Of a stretch of DNA of 45,958 nucleotides, positions 45,649 through 45,958 are shown one piece after another. A program made the position numbers and the translations under genes. Numbering within the stretch: position 1 is the stretch's first letter; each line of letters starts with the position of its first letter. Under the pieces are notes generated by a model that searched no databases, had not been told where the DNA came from, and worked only from the letters and a program-made list of their open reading frames with translations. Source of the stretch: Candidatus Eiseniibacteriota bacterium (GTDB lineage: Bacteria > Eisenbacteria > RBG-16-71-46 > DASYSL01). The stretch lies in NCBI GenBank assembly GCA_031431875.1, contig JANPEF010000010.1, positions 1 through 45,958 on the forward strand, given 5' to 3'.

Positions 45649-45957
45649 CTAGAAGGCCTGCGGCTTCAAGAGCGTCGAGATGGGCTCGAACTGCACGCCG
45701 GAACGGCGCAGCTTGGGCACCTCGCGGCGGAGCACGTCGAGGCTCGCCCGATCGGGGTGGGCGAGCACGATGGCGTAGCCCCGCCGCCGGGCCAGCTTGA
45801 CCGCGTCGTCGAGCAGGCGACCCATCGCCTTCACCTCCGCGTCGCGGCGTCCCGGCGCCTCGAGAATCTGGTCGATGCGAAACGTGATCACGCCGGCTTC
45901 GGCCGCACGCTCGGCGGCGACCGACGACGGCACGATGCGCGCATCGAGCCAGAACAT
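45649..45957 (-). CDS. Divergent polysaccharide deacetylase family protein (C-terminal fragment)
   Basis: FWLDAR..SSVA, LARRRGYAIVLAHP, GVQFEPISTLL; truncated at the window edge. Confidence 0.75.
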   Translation of the reverse strand: MFWLDARIVPSSVAAERAAEAGVITFRIDQILEAPGRRDAEVKAMGRLLDDAVKLARRRGYAIVLAHPDRASLDVLRREVPKLRRSGVQFEPISTLLKPQAF

Positions 45958-45958
45958 G

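Overview
High-GC chromosomal window, mostly housekeeping and envelope genes (glnA, nnr, secDF, rpiA, nhaA, plsC, brx, chdC-like, OmpA-TSP3, DUF4159/DUF4175 cluster, a sigma54-type two-component system). FlgD-Ig-type and 'SWGxIKxxYR' C-terminal tails point to an FCB-related candidate phylum such as Eisenbacteria, Krumholzibacteriota or Latescibacterota (inference). I saw no rRNA, tRNA, CRISPR array or mobile element. The standout locus is 36.3-42.5 kb. It has an operon of three membrane-fusion-protein (MFP/HlyD) genes: a lipoprotein adaptor, a putative PqqD/RRE-like + M50 intramembrane peptidase + MFP fusion, and a tandem-GAF + MFP fusion, with no ABC ATPase, RND pump or TolC. Immediately downstream is a 58-aa cationic peptide gene (42227-42403) missing from the ORF track, with four G-x-V/I-A-S/T-G-R heptads, its own sigma54 promoter, paired enhancer-like palindromes, RBS and terminator. 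This is a candidate peptide-processing/export system. A second sigma54 promoter upstream of the operon appears to drive a structured ~160-nt sRNA. Other oddities are an NhaA-DUF1684 fusion and a ChdC-like/CpcT-like gene pair.
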